Shown in pieces: positions 54,969 to 64,000 of a stretch of DNA of 64,000 bases; positions within the stretch are counted from its first letter, which is position 1; each line of letters starts with the position of its first letter. Source of the stretch: an uncultured candidatus Porisulfidus sp. (lineage in GTDB: Bacteria > Pseudomonadota > Gammaproteobacteria > Poriferisulfidales > Poriferisulfidaceae); the NCBI GenBank assembly GCA_965204575.1, contig OZ241993.1, positions 1,752,664-1,816,663 on the forward strand, read 5' to 3'. Under the pieces are notes generated by a model, which ran no database searches, was not told the DNA's origin, and saw only the letters and a list, made by a program, of their open reading frames with translations. The position numbers and the translations under genes were made by a program.

Positions 54969-55832
54969 ATGGCCGAATTCAGGCGCATCGGCATCATCTC
55001 CCGCCCCAGCCGAAAAACCACCGCGGAATCCATCCGGCGGGTCGCCCGGCTGGTTAAGAAGAAAAAGTGCGAGTTGCTGGTGGACGAAGAGACCGCCCGC
55101 GTGCTCGAAATCTCGGAAGGACTGGAGTTGCCGGAACTGGCCGAACAGGCCGACCTCGGCGTGGTCGTCGGGGGGGACGGCACGTTGCTGCGGGCAGTCC
55201 GCCATCTGGCACCGCGCAATGTCCCGGTCTGTGGCGTCAACCGCGGCCGGCTGGGCTTCCTGGCGGACATCTATCCGGAACAGATCCCGAGCGTCCTGGG
55301 CGCGATCCTGGATGGCGAATACGAAATCGACCAGCGTTCGATGCTGGTCGGCGAGGTGCTGCGCGGCGAAGAACAATTGTGCATCTCGGACGCGCTCAAC
55401 GACGTGGTGATCCACAGCTACCGGGATCTGCACATGATCGAACTGCAGACCCTGGTGAGCGGGCGTCCGTTGAGTGCGCTGCGCGCGGACGGGCTGATCA
55501 TTTCCACACCGACCGGCTCCACCGCCTACGCCATGTCCGGCGGCGGCCCAATCCTGCACCCGTCGCTGCAAGTGCTGGTGATGGTGCCGATCTGCCCCCA
55601 CATGCTGAGCAGCCGCCCGATCGTGGTCGATCTGGACAGCGAAATCGAACTGGAAGTGATCGGCCGCCCGGAAAGCCGCGGGGTGGTGTCGTTCGACGGC
55701 GCGGCCAACCAGGAATTGACGGTCGGCGACCGCATCCGAATCCGTCGGCAGGATTATCCGTTGAACCTGATCCAACCCAAGGGTCACGACTACTACGAAA
55801 TTCTGCGGCGCAAGTTATCCTGGAACCTTTAA
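54969..55832 (+). CDS. nadK: NAD kinase
   Basis: GGDGTLL, GVNRGRLGFL and DGLIISTPTGSTAY motifs. Confidence 0.97.
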   Translation: MAEFRRIGIISRPSRKTTAESIRRVARLVKKKKCELLVDEETARVLEISEGLELPELAEQADLGVVVGGDGTLLRAVRHLAPRNVPVCGVNRGRLGFLADIYPEQIPSVLGAILDGEYEIDQRSMLVGEVLRGEEQLCISDALNDVVIHSYRDLHMIELQTLVSGRPLSALRADGLIISTPTGSTAYAMSGGGPILHPSLQVLVMVPICPHMLSSRPIVVDLDSEIELEVIGRPESRGVVSFDGAANQELTVGDRIRIRRQDYPLNLIQPKGHDYYEILRRKLSWNL

Positions 55833-55838
55833 CCGCCG

Positions 55839-57509
55839 ATGCTGCGCGCCCTGACGATCCGCGGTCTGGCCGTCATCGAGAAGCTGGACCTGGAATTTCA
55901 TCCGGGCTTGAGTGTCTTCAGCGGGGAAACCGGCGCCGGTAAATCCATCCTGGTCGGCGCCATCGGCCTCGTACTCGGCAACCGCGCGACCCAAAACCTG
56001 ATCCGCCGCGATGCCGAACGGGCGGAAATCACCCTGGAATGCGACCCCACCGCGCGGCCCGAAGCCCGCGCATGGCTGGAACAACATGAATTCGACTTCG
56101 ACGACGGGCTGCTGTTGCGGCGCGTCATTTCCCGAAGCGGTTCTTCTCGCGCCTACATCAACGATACGCCCGCCTCGGCCGGGACGTTGCGCGAGGTCGG
56201 CCAGCAACTGATCGAAATCCATGGCCAGCAGGAACACCAGCGCCTGTTGCGCCGGGATCAGCAGCGAATCATCCTGGATGCCGCCTGCGGACATGGCGAG
56301 ACGCTGGCGGCGTTGGCCGATTGTTACCAGCGCTGGAGCGAGATGCGGACGCGGCTGGACGCGCTCAGCGGCGATGCCGAACGCCATGCCCAAGCCCTGT
56401 CCCTGCTGAAGTTTCAGGTCGACGAACTCAACGCTTTGGGGCTCGAAGACGGGACGTACGAAGATCTGGATGCACGGCAGCATACGCTTGCCGGCGCAGA
56501 TGAATTGAAAGTGCTTTGCGAGGAATTAGTCGACACCCTGTACGAACACGACGAACATGCTGAATACGCACGGCTGGCAGCCGCTGCGGACCGGCTGGAA
56601 CAAGCGGCGCAAATCGACCCGAATCTGGAGCCGGCCCGGGAATTGCTGCCGCAGGCAATGAACTGCGTGGAAGAAGCCGTCGGGCTGCTGCGCGCGGCGC
56701 TGGACCGGATAGACCTGGATCCCGAAAGCCTGGCCGAAGTCGAGCAGCGCCTGGGCGCCATCCACGATCTTGCCCGCAAGCACCAGGCCGCGCCGAAGGA
56801 ATTGTGGCAGCACGCCCGGGATCTGAACGAAAAGCTGGAGCAATGGCAATCGCCGGAATACGATGCCGAAGCGCTGGCCGAAGAGGTCGGCCGACTGGAA
56901 CAGGATTATCTCGGCTTGGCTCAAAAGGTGCACCAAGCCCGCGCAAAAACGGCCGAACGTGTCTCTGGACAGGTCACCGAGGTCCTGCAGCAACTCGGCA
57001 TGCCGCACAGCGAATTCCAGATCGAAGTGAGCCATGACCCGCAGCGCGTTCTCGGGCCGAATGGGCTGGATGACATCGACTACCGCCTGGCTACCGGCCC
57101 TGGCCAGAACCCGGGCCCGATCAGCGCAATCGCCTCGGGCGGGGAACTGTCGCGCCTGTCGCTCGCCATCCAGCAATCGCTGACCAGCGGCGACGAACCG
57201 CCGGTCATGATCTTCGACGAAGTGGACGCAGGCATCGGCGGCGGAGCCGCAGAGATTGTTGGACAGTTGCTGGCTCAACTCGCCGAACGCCTGCAGGTGC
57301 TGTGCGTAACGCACTTGCCACAGGTTGCGGTGCAAGCCCATCACCAGTACTGCGTACGCAAGCACGACGGCGTGCGAACCGAAGTCGCGTTGCTCGACCG
57401 GGAAGGCCGAGTGGAAGAACTCGCCCGCATGCTTTCGGGGATTGAGAAGACCCGCACGGCGCGCGAACATGCCGAAGCATTGCTCCAGCACAGTCACGGC
57501 AGTGCCTGA
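55839..57509 (+). CDS. recN: DNA repair protein RecN
   Basis: GETGAGKS, IHGQ, ASGGELSR, FDEVDAG and THLPQVA motifs. Confidence 0.97.
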   Translation: MLRALTIRGLAVIEKLDLEFHPGLSVFSGETGAGKSILVGAIGLVLGNRATQNLIRRDAERAEITLECDPTARPEARAWLEQHEFDFDDGLLLRRVISRSGSSRAYINDTPASAGTLREVGQQLIEIHGQQEHQRLLRRDQQRIILDAACGHGETLAALADCYQRWSEMRTRLDALSGDAERHAQALSLLKFQVDELNALGLEDGTYEDLDARQHTLAGADELKVLCEELVDTLYEHDEHAEYARLAAAADRLEQAAQIDPNLEPARELLPQAMNCVEEAVGLLRAALDRIDLDPESLAEVEQRLGAIHDLARKHQAAPKELWQHARDLNEKLEQWQSPEYDAEALAEEVGRLEQDYLGLAQKVHQARAKTAERVSGQVTEVLQQLGMPHSEFQIEVSHDPQRVLGPNGLDDIDYRLATGPGQNPGPISAIASGGELSRLSLAIQQSLTSGDEPPVMIFDEVDAGIGGGAAEIVGQLLAQLAERLQVLCVTHLPQVAVQAHHQYCVRKHDGVRTEVALLDREGRVEELARMLSGIEKTRTAREHAEALLQHSHGSA

Positions 57510-57525
57510 CTGTTAGAATTTGGCT

Positions 57526-58074
57526 ATGGAAATCATTCCGGCCCGGACGGCCCTCGCCCGCCTGACACTGTTGTGCGGCTGCATGATGGCAGCAGGTTGC
57601 GAATACATGCTGCCGGAAGGCTTTGAGCTGGGCCAGCACCGGGTCGCCGTACAGCAGGGCAACACCCTAACGGAAGAATCCATCCGCAACCTGCGTATCG
57701 GCATGGACCTCAGACAGGTGCTGTTTCTGCTTGGAACTCCGCTGGTCAGGGACCCTTTCCATCCCAATCGCTGGGAATATCCGCTCTTCGTGGAAGCGAC
57801 GGAGACCGGCAAGAGATCCCGGCTGGACGTGCTCAGCCTGTATTTCAAGGACGGCCGCCTGAAAGAAGTCCGCCGGTTGGTGCGGATCGACCCCGAGGTG
57901 GCAAGCATCGAGTCTGGCGGTGAGATTGACGTGGGGACCGAGTGGTTCGAACCCGGCGATGCCCTGGCCGTGGAAGAGACCTCCGAGACCGAAGTTCCGA
58001 GCCCTGACGCGCCAGCCCCCGAGATACTCGAAGACGAAGCGGTTGCGGAACCCGAGCAGACGCCTCGGAACTAG
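57526..58074 (+). CDS. bamE: Outer membrane protein assembly factor BamE
   Basis: Lipobox AAGC, QQGN and GM...QV.FLLGTP...DPF...RWEY motifs; acidic tail. Confidence 0.9.
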   Translation: MEIIPARTALARLTLLCGCMMAAGCEYMLPEGFELGQHRVAVQQGNTLTEESIRNLRIGMDLRQVLFLLGTPLVRDPFHPNRWEYPLFVEATETGKRSRLDVLSLYFKDGRLKEVRRLVRIDPEVASIESGGEIDVGTEWFEPGDALAVEETSETEVPSPDAPAPEILEDEAVAEPEQTPRN

Positions 58075-58113
58075 CGGTAGCTAGCACAAAGCAAAAGAAC
58101 CCACGAGGAGGCT

Positions 58114-58266
58114 ATGAATAAGTCGAAGACTCCAAATGCCGCCGAGCGGCTCCGGGAAGTGACCCGGCAGTTGGAAGAAATGATCAAATCGGGACGTACC
58201 AAGAGGCTTCCTCCCGAGAACAAGAAGAAATCTCGTTCGCGCTCAGCTTCTGCCAAACGCGATTAA
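58114..58266 (+). CDS. 50-aa basic small protein (not in ORF track)
   Basis: GAGGAGG RBS then MNKSKTPNAAERLREVTRQLEEMIKSGRTKRLPPENKKKSRSRSASAKRD. Confidence 0.5.
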   Translation: MNKSKTPNAAERLREVTRQLEEMIKSGRTKRLPPENKKKSRSRSASAKRD

Positions 58267-58283
58267 TTTCGTCGGGTAGCCTT

Positions 58284-58553
58284 TTACTTTTTCTCTGCTG
58301 CCGCCCGACGGCGGCGCGCCTCCTGCGGCGACATCTCCAGCGGCGGGCAAATCTCGAGCCGGTCACCCTCCTGCAGCACGTAGTCGGCAGAGACCTCGCG
58401 TCCGAACACGCCGAACCCCCACCCGCCCTCTTCCTCTTCCGGCTCCGTCCAACCGAAACGAACTAACGCCTCCGACACGCTAGCCCCTTCCGGCAGCGTC
58501 AGGGTTTGTGCCTCCGGACGCGACACGCTCGCATCAACGATTTCAATCTTCAT
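58284..58553 (-). CDS. rnfH: RnfH/RatB ubiquitin-like protein
   Basis: GVFG......L.EGDRLEI..PL...P.EARRRRA pattern; start ATG 58553. Confidence 0.88.
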   Translation of the reverse strand: MKIEIVDASVSRPEAQTLTLPEGASVSEALVRFGWTEPEEEEGGWGFGVFGREVSADYVLQEGDRLEICPPLEMSPQEARRRRAAAEKK

Positions 58554-58983
58554 CCCCGCTCCGCGCACGCCGGTGCGCTTCAGCGACAAACGACTGCACC
58601 AGCCGGTTGCACACCTCGGCGAAGACGACCGGCAGCAGCAGGAAGCGGAACGATCCCTTGACTTCGAACTCCATGTCCAACGCAACCCGGCAGCCATGCG
58701 GCTGCTCGGCAAACGTCCACACCCCGTGCAGGTGCTGGAACGGGCCGTCTTGCAAATGCATGTCGACACGTTCGTTCGGAATCAACGCGTTCCGCGTAGT
58801 GAACGACGTGTGCAGGCCGCTTCGGGCCAGGGTCAGCCGGGCCGTCACTTCGTCCTCTCCGCGGCTCAGCACATCCGCCTGGGGACACCACGGAAGGAAT
58901 TTCGGGTAGGATTCGACGTCGTTGACCAGATCGTACATCCGGGACGCTGGATACGGCACCCGGGCCTCGCGGTGGATGTGCAC
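58543..58983 (-). CDS. ratA: RatA/PasT START-domain protein (Coq10-like)
   Basis: MYDLVNDVESYP.FLPWC, FTTRN and GPF..L.G.W.F motifs. Confidence 0.92.
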   Translation of the reverse strand: MHIHREARVPYPASRMYDLVNDVESYPKFLPWCPQADVLSRGEDEVTARLTLARSGLHTSFTTRNALIPNERVDMHLQDGPFQHLHGVWTFAEQPHGCRVALDMEFEVKGSFRFLLLPVVFAEVCNRLVQSFVAEAHRRARSGDED

Positions 58984-58995
58984 GGGGTCAGCCGG

Positions 58996-60363
58996 TCAGA
59001 CCCACCCGAAGCCGTGCAGCAGGATCAGGAAGACCGCAGTCGGGACGAGCAACCGCACCAGCCACAACCAGCTCTTGAACAGCAACCCGTTCCCCAGGTC
59101 CGCCTGTTCCTCGAGCACGGAGCGTTTGACCATCCAGCCCGCGTAGATCGCAATCAGGATGCCGCCGATCGGCAGCATGACATTCGAGGTCAGGTAGTCC
59201 ATCCACTCGAAGAAGTTCCGCCCGTATACCGTCCAGTCGCTGCCGACGTTGAACGAAACCACCGTGCCCAATCCCACGATCCAGATCACCGCCGAACTGC
59301 CCAGGGTCGCGGTACGCCGACGCATCCCGCGCGAATCCACGAGCCAGGAAACGGTCGGTTCCAGAAGCGAAATTGCCGAGGTCCAGGCCGCGATCAGGGT
59401 GAGTGCGAAAAACAGGATGCCGACCAGCCAGCCGCCGGGCATCTGCCCGAACGCGATTACCAGGGTCTGGAAGATGAGCCCCGGCCCGGCACCCGGTTCC
59501 ATGCTGCTCGCGAACACGATCGGGAACAGGGCGACCCCCATCAGGATCGCGACCACCACGTCCGCGGTCACGACGACGCCAGCCGCCTCCGGGATGGAGA
59601 ACTGGCGCGGCAAGTAGGCGCCATAGACCATGATCGCGCCCATGCCGATGCTCAGAGAGAAAAACGCCTGACCCATCGCCTTGAGTGTGACCTCCGGCGA
59701 GATTTGCGTGGGGTCGAACGCGAACATGTAGGCGAGTCCCCTTCCGAAGTCCCCGTAAAGCGCCGCATAACCGACCAACAGCAACAGCAACGCGAAGAGC
59801 GAGGGAATGAGGACGGTCGTGGCCTGTTCGATGCCCCGGTTGACGCCGCGCAGGATGACCCAGGCGACCAGCACGACCATCAGGGTGTGCCAGGCAAGCA
59901 GCCGCCAAGGGCTGTCGACCAGCCGGTTAAAGTGGCTTTCGGCAGAAGCCTGGTCGAACCCCTGGAAGGTGTTGAACAGGCTGTCCATCAGGTAGGCCGC
60001 GGTCCAGCCCGAGATCACCACGTAGAACGACAGGATCATTATTCCGGCCAGCATGCCGAGCCAGCCGATGACCTGCCAGTTGGTCGAGTGGCCGTCCTGT
60101 TCCGCCAGGCGGCGCATGGTGTGGACCGGGCTGTGGCGGCCCCGCCGGCCCAATACGATCTCCGCCATCATGATCGGCAGGCCGATCAGGACCACGCAGC
60201 CGAGGTATACCAGGACGAATGCGGCTCCGCCGTTCTCCCCCGTCATGTAGGGGAACTTCCAGATGTTGCCCAATCCCACCGCCGAGCCGATGGCGGCGAA
60301 CATGAACGCGGTGCGCTTCGACCAGAGCCCGTGTTGCGAAGCGTCGGAGGAAGACGAATTCAT
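58996..60363 (-). CDS. Sodium-dependent transporter, NSS family
   Basis: GSAVGLGNIWKFPY..G.NGG.AF and QAFFSLSIG motifs. Confidence 0.95.
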   Translation of the reverse strand: MNSSSSDASQHGLWSKRTAFMFAAIGSAVGLGNIWKFPYMTGENGGAAFVLVYLGCVVLIGLPIMMAEIVLGRRGRHSPVHTMRRLAEQDGHSTNWQVIGWLGMLAGIMILSFYVVISGWTAAYLMDSLFNTFQGFDQASAESHFNRLVDSPWRLLAWHTLMVVLVAWVILRGVNRGIEQATTVLIPSLFALLLLLVGYAALYGDFGRGLAYMFAFDPTQISPEVTLKAMGQAFFSLSIGMGAIMVYGAYLPRQFSIPEAAGVVVTADVVVAILMGVALFPIVFASSMEPGAGPGLIFQTLVIAFGQMPGGWLVGILFFALTLIAAWTSAISLLEPTVSWLVDSRGMRRRTATLGSSAVIWIVGLGTVVSFNVGSDWTVYGRNFFEWMDYLTSNVMLPIGGILIAIYAGWMVKRSVLEEQADLGNGLLFKSWLWLVRLLVPTAVFLILLHGFGWV

Positions 60364-60477
60364 TGGAAGAAGAGAAAAGGATTACGCCCGGCCGAAGCCG
60401 GGCGCATCGAAACTACTGCCGTTCCCTCCGGGTCATGGCCATCCGCGTGTGCGGCGAATCCGGCCGGCCCTACAGAC

Positions 60478-61158
60478 TCAATCGTCTCCGCCAAATGCGG
60501 CCAGCAGATGCAGCAGGCTGGTGAACAGGTTGTACAGCGACACGTACAGGGTCACGGTCGCCATGATGTAGTTGGTTTCGCCGCCGTGGATGATGGCGCT
60601 GGTCTGGTACAGGATCAGGCCGCACATCAGCAGGACGAACAGGGCCGAGATGCCGAGCATCGCGCCGGACACCTCCATGCCGAACATCGAGGCGACCACC
60701 AGGCCCAGGCCGGACAGGAACGCGACCAGGATGCCGACCATCAGCATGCCGCCCATGAAGCTGAAGTCGCGGCGCGTGGTCAGCACGTAGCCGGACAGCA
60801 CCAGGAAGATGCCGCCGGTCATGCCGAGGGCCGTGGCCACCAGCTGCGCGCCATTGTGGACTGCGATCAGGTAGTAATTGATGATCGGGCCCAAGGTAAT
60901 CCCCATGAAGCCGGTCAGGGCGAACACGCACAGCAGGCCCCAGCCGCTGTCGCGGAACCGGCTGGTCAGGAATAGCAGTCCGAAGTAGCCGACCAGGGTC
61001 AAGACCAGACCCGGATACGGCCAGTTGAAGACCATCGAGAGTCCCGCCGTGAACGCGCTGAACAGCAGCGTCATGGCAAGCAGCGCGTAGGTGTTGCGCA
61101 GGACCCGGTTCATGGCGAGGGTCGGCGCCGTAGCGGAAATCATGCGAGGCTGGCTCAT
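60478..61158 (-). CDS. yccA: Bax inhibitor-1/YccA family membrane protein
   Basis: VLRNTY.LL, DFSFMG and GGETNYI.AT..LYVS.YNLF motifs; start ATG 61158. Confidence 0.93.
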   Translation of the reverse strand: MSQPRMISATAPTLAMNRVLRNTYALLAMTLLFSAFTAGLSMVFNWPYPGLVLTLVGYFGLLFLTSRFRDSGWGLLCVFALTGFMGITLGPIINYYLIAVHNGAQLVATALGMTGGIFLVLSGYVLTTRRDFSFMGGMLMVGILVAFLSGLGLVVASMFGMEVSGAMLGISALFVLLMCGLILYQTSAIIHGGETNYIMATVTLYVSLYNLFTSLLHLLAAFGGDD

Positions 61159-61280
61159 TCGAATATCCTCCTGGAAAACATTAAGACTCAGTGATGGGAT
61201 GGTTCGCCCCACTTCCTAAATCAGCCTTGGGCGGACACAATGAGGTTACCACTAACCATTGCGAAAGCAGGACGAACCCT

Positions 61281-62327
61281 ATGAAAGCTACTATACCTGA
61301 CTCCCGGATCGCTTATTTGGGCATTGATCTGGCCAAGCATGTCTTTTACGCGTGCGGCATGACCGAGGCGGGCCGGGTGGTGCTGGAGAAGCGATTTACG
61401 CGCGCCCGACTGGAAAGGTTTACGGAGCAGTTGCCGCCGTGCCGGGTCGGGCTGGAGGCCTGCGGCAGCGCGCACCACTGGGCGCGCCGGCTGATCGGGC
61501 AAGGGCACGATGCCCGGCTGATCTCGCCGCACTTCGTCGCGCCCTTCGTGAAGTCGAACAAGAATGATGCGCGGGACGCGGAGGCGATCTGCGAGGCGGT
61601 CAGCCGGCCGACGATGCGCTTCGTCCCGGTGCGGTCGGAGTCGGAACAGGCGATCCAGCACTGGCACCGGGCGCGGCAGCGGGTGGTGCGGAGCCGCACC
61701 CGCCTGGTCAACCAGTTGCGGGCGTTCCTGTACGAATACGGACAGGTACTCCCGCAGGGCGTCAAGGCGTTCCGGCGTCGGGTTCCGGAGCTTCTGGAAG
61801 ACGGCGAGAACGGCCTGCTGCCGGAGGTTCGCGAGATGCTGGCGGACGGTTACGAGGAGTTGCTGGGGCTGGATGCGCGGGAGGAGCAATACCGCGCCCG
61901 GATCCAGGTGCATGCGGCTTCAGAGGAAGCCTGCGAGCGGCTGATGGCGATCCCGGGAGTCGGGGTGCTATGCGCCAGCGCTCTGGTCATGAAGTTCCGG
62001 GACGGGGGCGACTTCCGAAACGGTCGAGAGGCGGCGGCCAGTGTCGGCCTGGTGCCGCGGCAGCACAGTACGGGCGGACAGGTCCGGCTGGGCGGCATCA
62101 GCAAGCGGGGAGACCGGTATCTGCGCACTCTGATGATCCAAGGTGCCAGCTCGGTCGTGCGGCTGGCGGAACGGAAAGAGGACGGCCGCAGCCGTTGGGC
62201 CTCTGACGTGAAGCGGCGTCGCCATCGCAATATCGCGGTGGTGGCACTGGCCAACAAGAACATCCGCATCGCCTGGGCTCTGCTCAGGAGCGGCGAAGCT
62301 TATCGGGAGGAAGTCTCTATGGCCTGA
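61281..62327 (+). CDS. IS110 family DEDD transposase/recombinase
   Basis: GIDLAK (D), LEACG (E), KNDARDA (DD), C-terminal GLVPRQHSTGG with conserved Ser, GDRYLR. Confidence 0.96.
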   Translation: MKATIPDSRIAYLGIDLAKHVFYACGMTEAGRVVLEKRFTRARLERFTEQLPPCRVGLEACGSAHHWARRLIGQGHDARLISPHFVAPFVKSNKNDARDAEAICEAVSRPTMRFVPVRSESEQAIQHWHRARQRVVRSRTRLVNQLRAFLYEYGQVLPQGVKAFRRRVPELLEDGENGLLPEVREMLADGYEELLGLDAREEQYRARIQVHAASEEACERLMAIPGVGVLCASALVMKFRDGGDFRNGREAAASVGLVPRQHSTGGQVRLGGISKRGDRYLRTLMIQGASSVVRLAERKEDGRSRWASDVKRRRHRNIAVVALANKNIRIAWALLRSGEAYREEVSMA

Positions 62328-62399
62328 GGCTTCCCCCTGAATCCCGGCGGCCACTGGCTGCCGATCGGTTGCAGGGAAGAAGCAGAACATGGCGAAACA

Positions 62400-62540
62400 G
62401 GTCGGACCGACGCGTCGGGAACCTGGTTGATAAACAGGCCTTCGAGGTCATCTCAGTGATGAGGCCGGCGCGTGCGGAACCCATGGGGGCCCGGGAGCTA
62501 CGTTCTCCCGTCAAGAGGCCGGATATATGTTCGCACCCGA
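62400..62540 (+). ncRNA. Putative bridge/seekRNA of the IS1111-type element (boundaries approximate)
   Basis: Two stem/internal-loop modules; loop segments TTGATAAAC and CTCAGT match the target site, ATATATG and CCCAT match the circle junction. Confidence 0.75.
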
Positions 62541-62595
62541 TCGATCGTCAAGGATGCTTCCCACTTGCAGGGAGGGGGCGAACCATATATTTATC

Positions 62596-62624
62596 AAATT
62601 GGGCCTCTGCCGGGGTTTCTCAAG
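62596..62624 (-). promoter_or_regulatory. Sigma32-like promoter, probably the original yccA promoter
   Basis: Minus strand CTTGAG-N14-GCCCAATTT, same layout as the grpE and dnaK promoters. Confidence 0.5.
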
Positions 62625-62674
62625 GTTGTCTTTGTCGGTCAAGTAGCCGGAATCGGAAGCAACCCGCGGATTGA

Positions 62675-63823
62675 TCAAGGCAAATCCAACTCCCGACAGA
62701 ATGCCTGGAACGGCAGGACACGCGTTTCGTTCGAAACATGGTCCCGCCGGCCTAAATGAACCTGGTAGAACGCGGGGATGTCGGTCCTCTGGCGAAAGTA
62801 TTCGATCGCCTTGCTGGGTGATTTCTCTCCCGACTTGCACTCGACGGCGAACAATGGTTTTCGATCCTGAAGTACGACAAAATCAACTTCGCGCAGGTCG
62901 GTGTCACGCAGGAACCTGAGTTCCATCCGGTAGCCTTCCGTATCTTCCAGGTGATGGCAGTATTTAAGCAGGTGGCAGGCGACCAGATTCTCGAAACGTT
63001 CGCCCTTGTCCCGTGTCTGGGACCAGTCCCAGAAATAGAGCTTGGTTTCTTTCTTGACGGCGCGAATGCGAGGGGCACCAAAAGGCGGGATGCGGAAACA
63101 GACATACAGATTCTCCAGTATCCTCAACCAGCGGTCGACAGTCGCGTGTGCAACCTGCAGGTCCTCGCTCAGGTTTTTGATCGACAGGGGTGACCCGACC
63201 CGACCCGGCAACGCATCCAGCAGGAGCTCAATCAACGCGATCTGCCGGATATTTTCGAGACTGCGGATATCTTCATACACCACCCGCGACAATCTCTCTC
63301 TCTGCCATCGCCGCCATTTCCGTACCTCCCCGGAGAGGAGCGGCTCGGGAAATCCCCCGAACTGCATCAGTGCCTCCAGGTCGTCCTTCGACGCCGTGGC
63401 ATTCAGTTCGCTCAGGGAAAGAGGATGGAGGCGGTAGTGGTGGTAGCGTCCCTGAAGGGAATCCCCGCCCTTGCGGTAGTGATCCAACCGCGCGGATCCG
63501 GTCACGAGGAAGGAGATCTGGTCTCCGCGGGTATCGTAGAGCCCCTTGACGAGGTTTCGCCACCGAGGGTACTTGTGGATCTCATCCAAGACCAGGAAGC
63601 TCTCGTTGGCGGGCAAATTGCCGCGCAGCAGTTCCGGCCGGACCCTCGGGTCGTCCCAATTCAGGTAGCCGGGGTGTCGCCTTTTGTCCGCCTTGAGAAG
63701 ACTCAACGCCAAAGTCGTCTTGCCGACCTGCCTCGGCCCTCCCAGGAATACCATCTTGCTCTGCAGATCGGCCTTGATCGAGCCCGCAAGGTAGCGCAGA
63801 AGCGGTTTTGAATCGTCTGCCAT
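62675..63823 (-). CDS. AAA+ ATPase with DUF4143 C-terminal domain
   Basis: GPRQVGKTT, LDEIH, VTGS, SLQGRY, GGFPE, KLYFWD, FEN.V and EVDFV......VECK motifs; start ATG 63823. Confidence 0.9.
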   Translation of the reverse strand: MADDSKPLLRYLAGSIKADLQSKMVFLGGPRQVGKTTLALSLLKADKRRHPGYLNWDDPRVRPELLRGNLPANESFLVLDEIHKYPRWRNLVKGLYDTRGDQISFLVTGSARLDHYRKGGDSLQGRYHHYRLHPLSLSELNATASKDDLEALMQFGGFPEPLLSGEVRKWRRWQRERLSRVVYEDIRSLENIRQIALIELLLDALPGRVGSPLSIKNLSEDLQVAHATVDRWLRILENLYVCFRIPPFGAPRIRAVKKETKLYFWDWSQTRDKGERFENLVACHLLKYCHHLEDTEGYRMELRFLRDTDLREVDFVVLQDRKPLFAVECKSGEKSPSKAIEYFRQRTDIPAFYQVHLGRRDHVSNETRVLPFQAFCRELDLP

Positions 63824-64000
63824 GAAAGATAAACTCCGGCGCACTCACTTCATGAGTAAAATCATTATAACTGTAAAATACTCATGAGCAAAATAGAGTA
63901 TATGTTAAATCGGTCATAGATGTTTCCGCATACGGGGCTTGCGGCGGAACGCCTGGCTGTGGCACAATCGGCATCCCGACCCGCCCGGCGGGTTTTCCAA

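Larger units (their letters stand above)
61192..62589 (+). mobile_element. Complete IS110-family element, IS1111 subgroup
   Basis: Perfect 12-bp subterminal IRs ATGGTTCGCCCC (61199-61210) and GGGGCGAACCAT (62575-62586); ends placed 7 and 3 nt outside them by IS1111 convention; long right non-coding end; no target duplication. Confidence 0.92.

Noticed and set aside
58284-58983. ratA-rnfH as another mobile toxin-antitoxin module
   Set aside because: Conserved core locus; RatA is a Coq10-like START protein

Overview
GC-rich gammaproteobacterial chromosome segment, mostly conserved housekeeping operons: mutS 3' end, hda-purMN, tldD-pmbA, petABC-sspAB, murA-hisG-aroG-hisD, rimP-nusA-infB-rbfA-truB, carAB-greA, grpE-dnaK-dnaJ-dapB, nadK-recN-bamE and ratAB. 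Small accessory inserts, several visibly more AT-rich, sit between them. These are: (1) an XamI-like type II restriction-modification pair whose endonuclease C-terminus is in the -1 frame at an A_AAA_AAG slippery site; (2) a DUF6338-like membrane gene followed by an unannotated 42-aa nona-proline micropeptide and a small hypothetical gene; (3) two intact toxin-antitoxin pairs plus four orphan or degenerate antitoxins; (4) a lone type IV coupling protein gene right after tRNA-Ser(UGA); (5) a complete IS1111-type (IS110 family) element whose right non-coding end carries bridge/seekRNA guide segments matching its own reconstructed target site and circle junction. The IS separates yccA from a sigma32-like promoter. 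All calls come from reading the sequence and recognising motifs; no database search or folding program was run.
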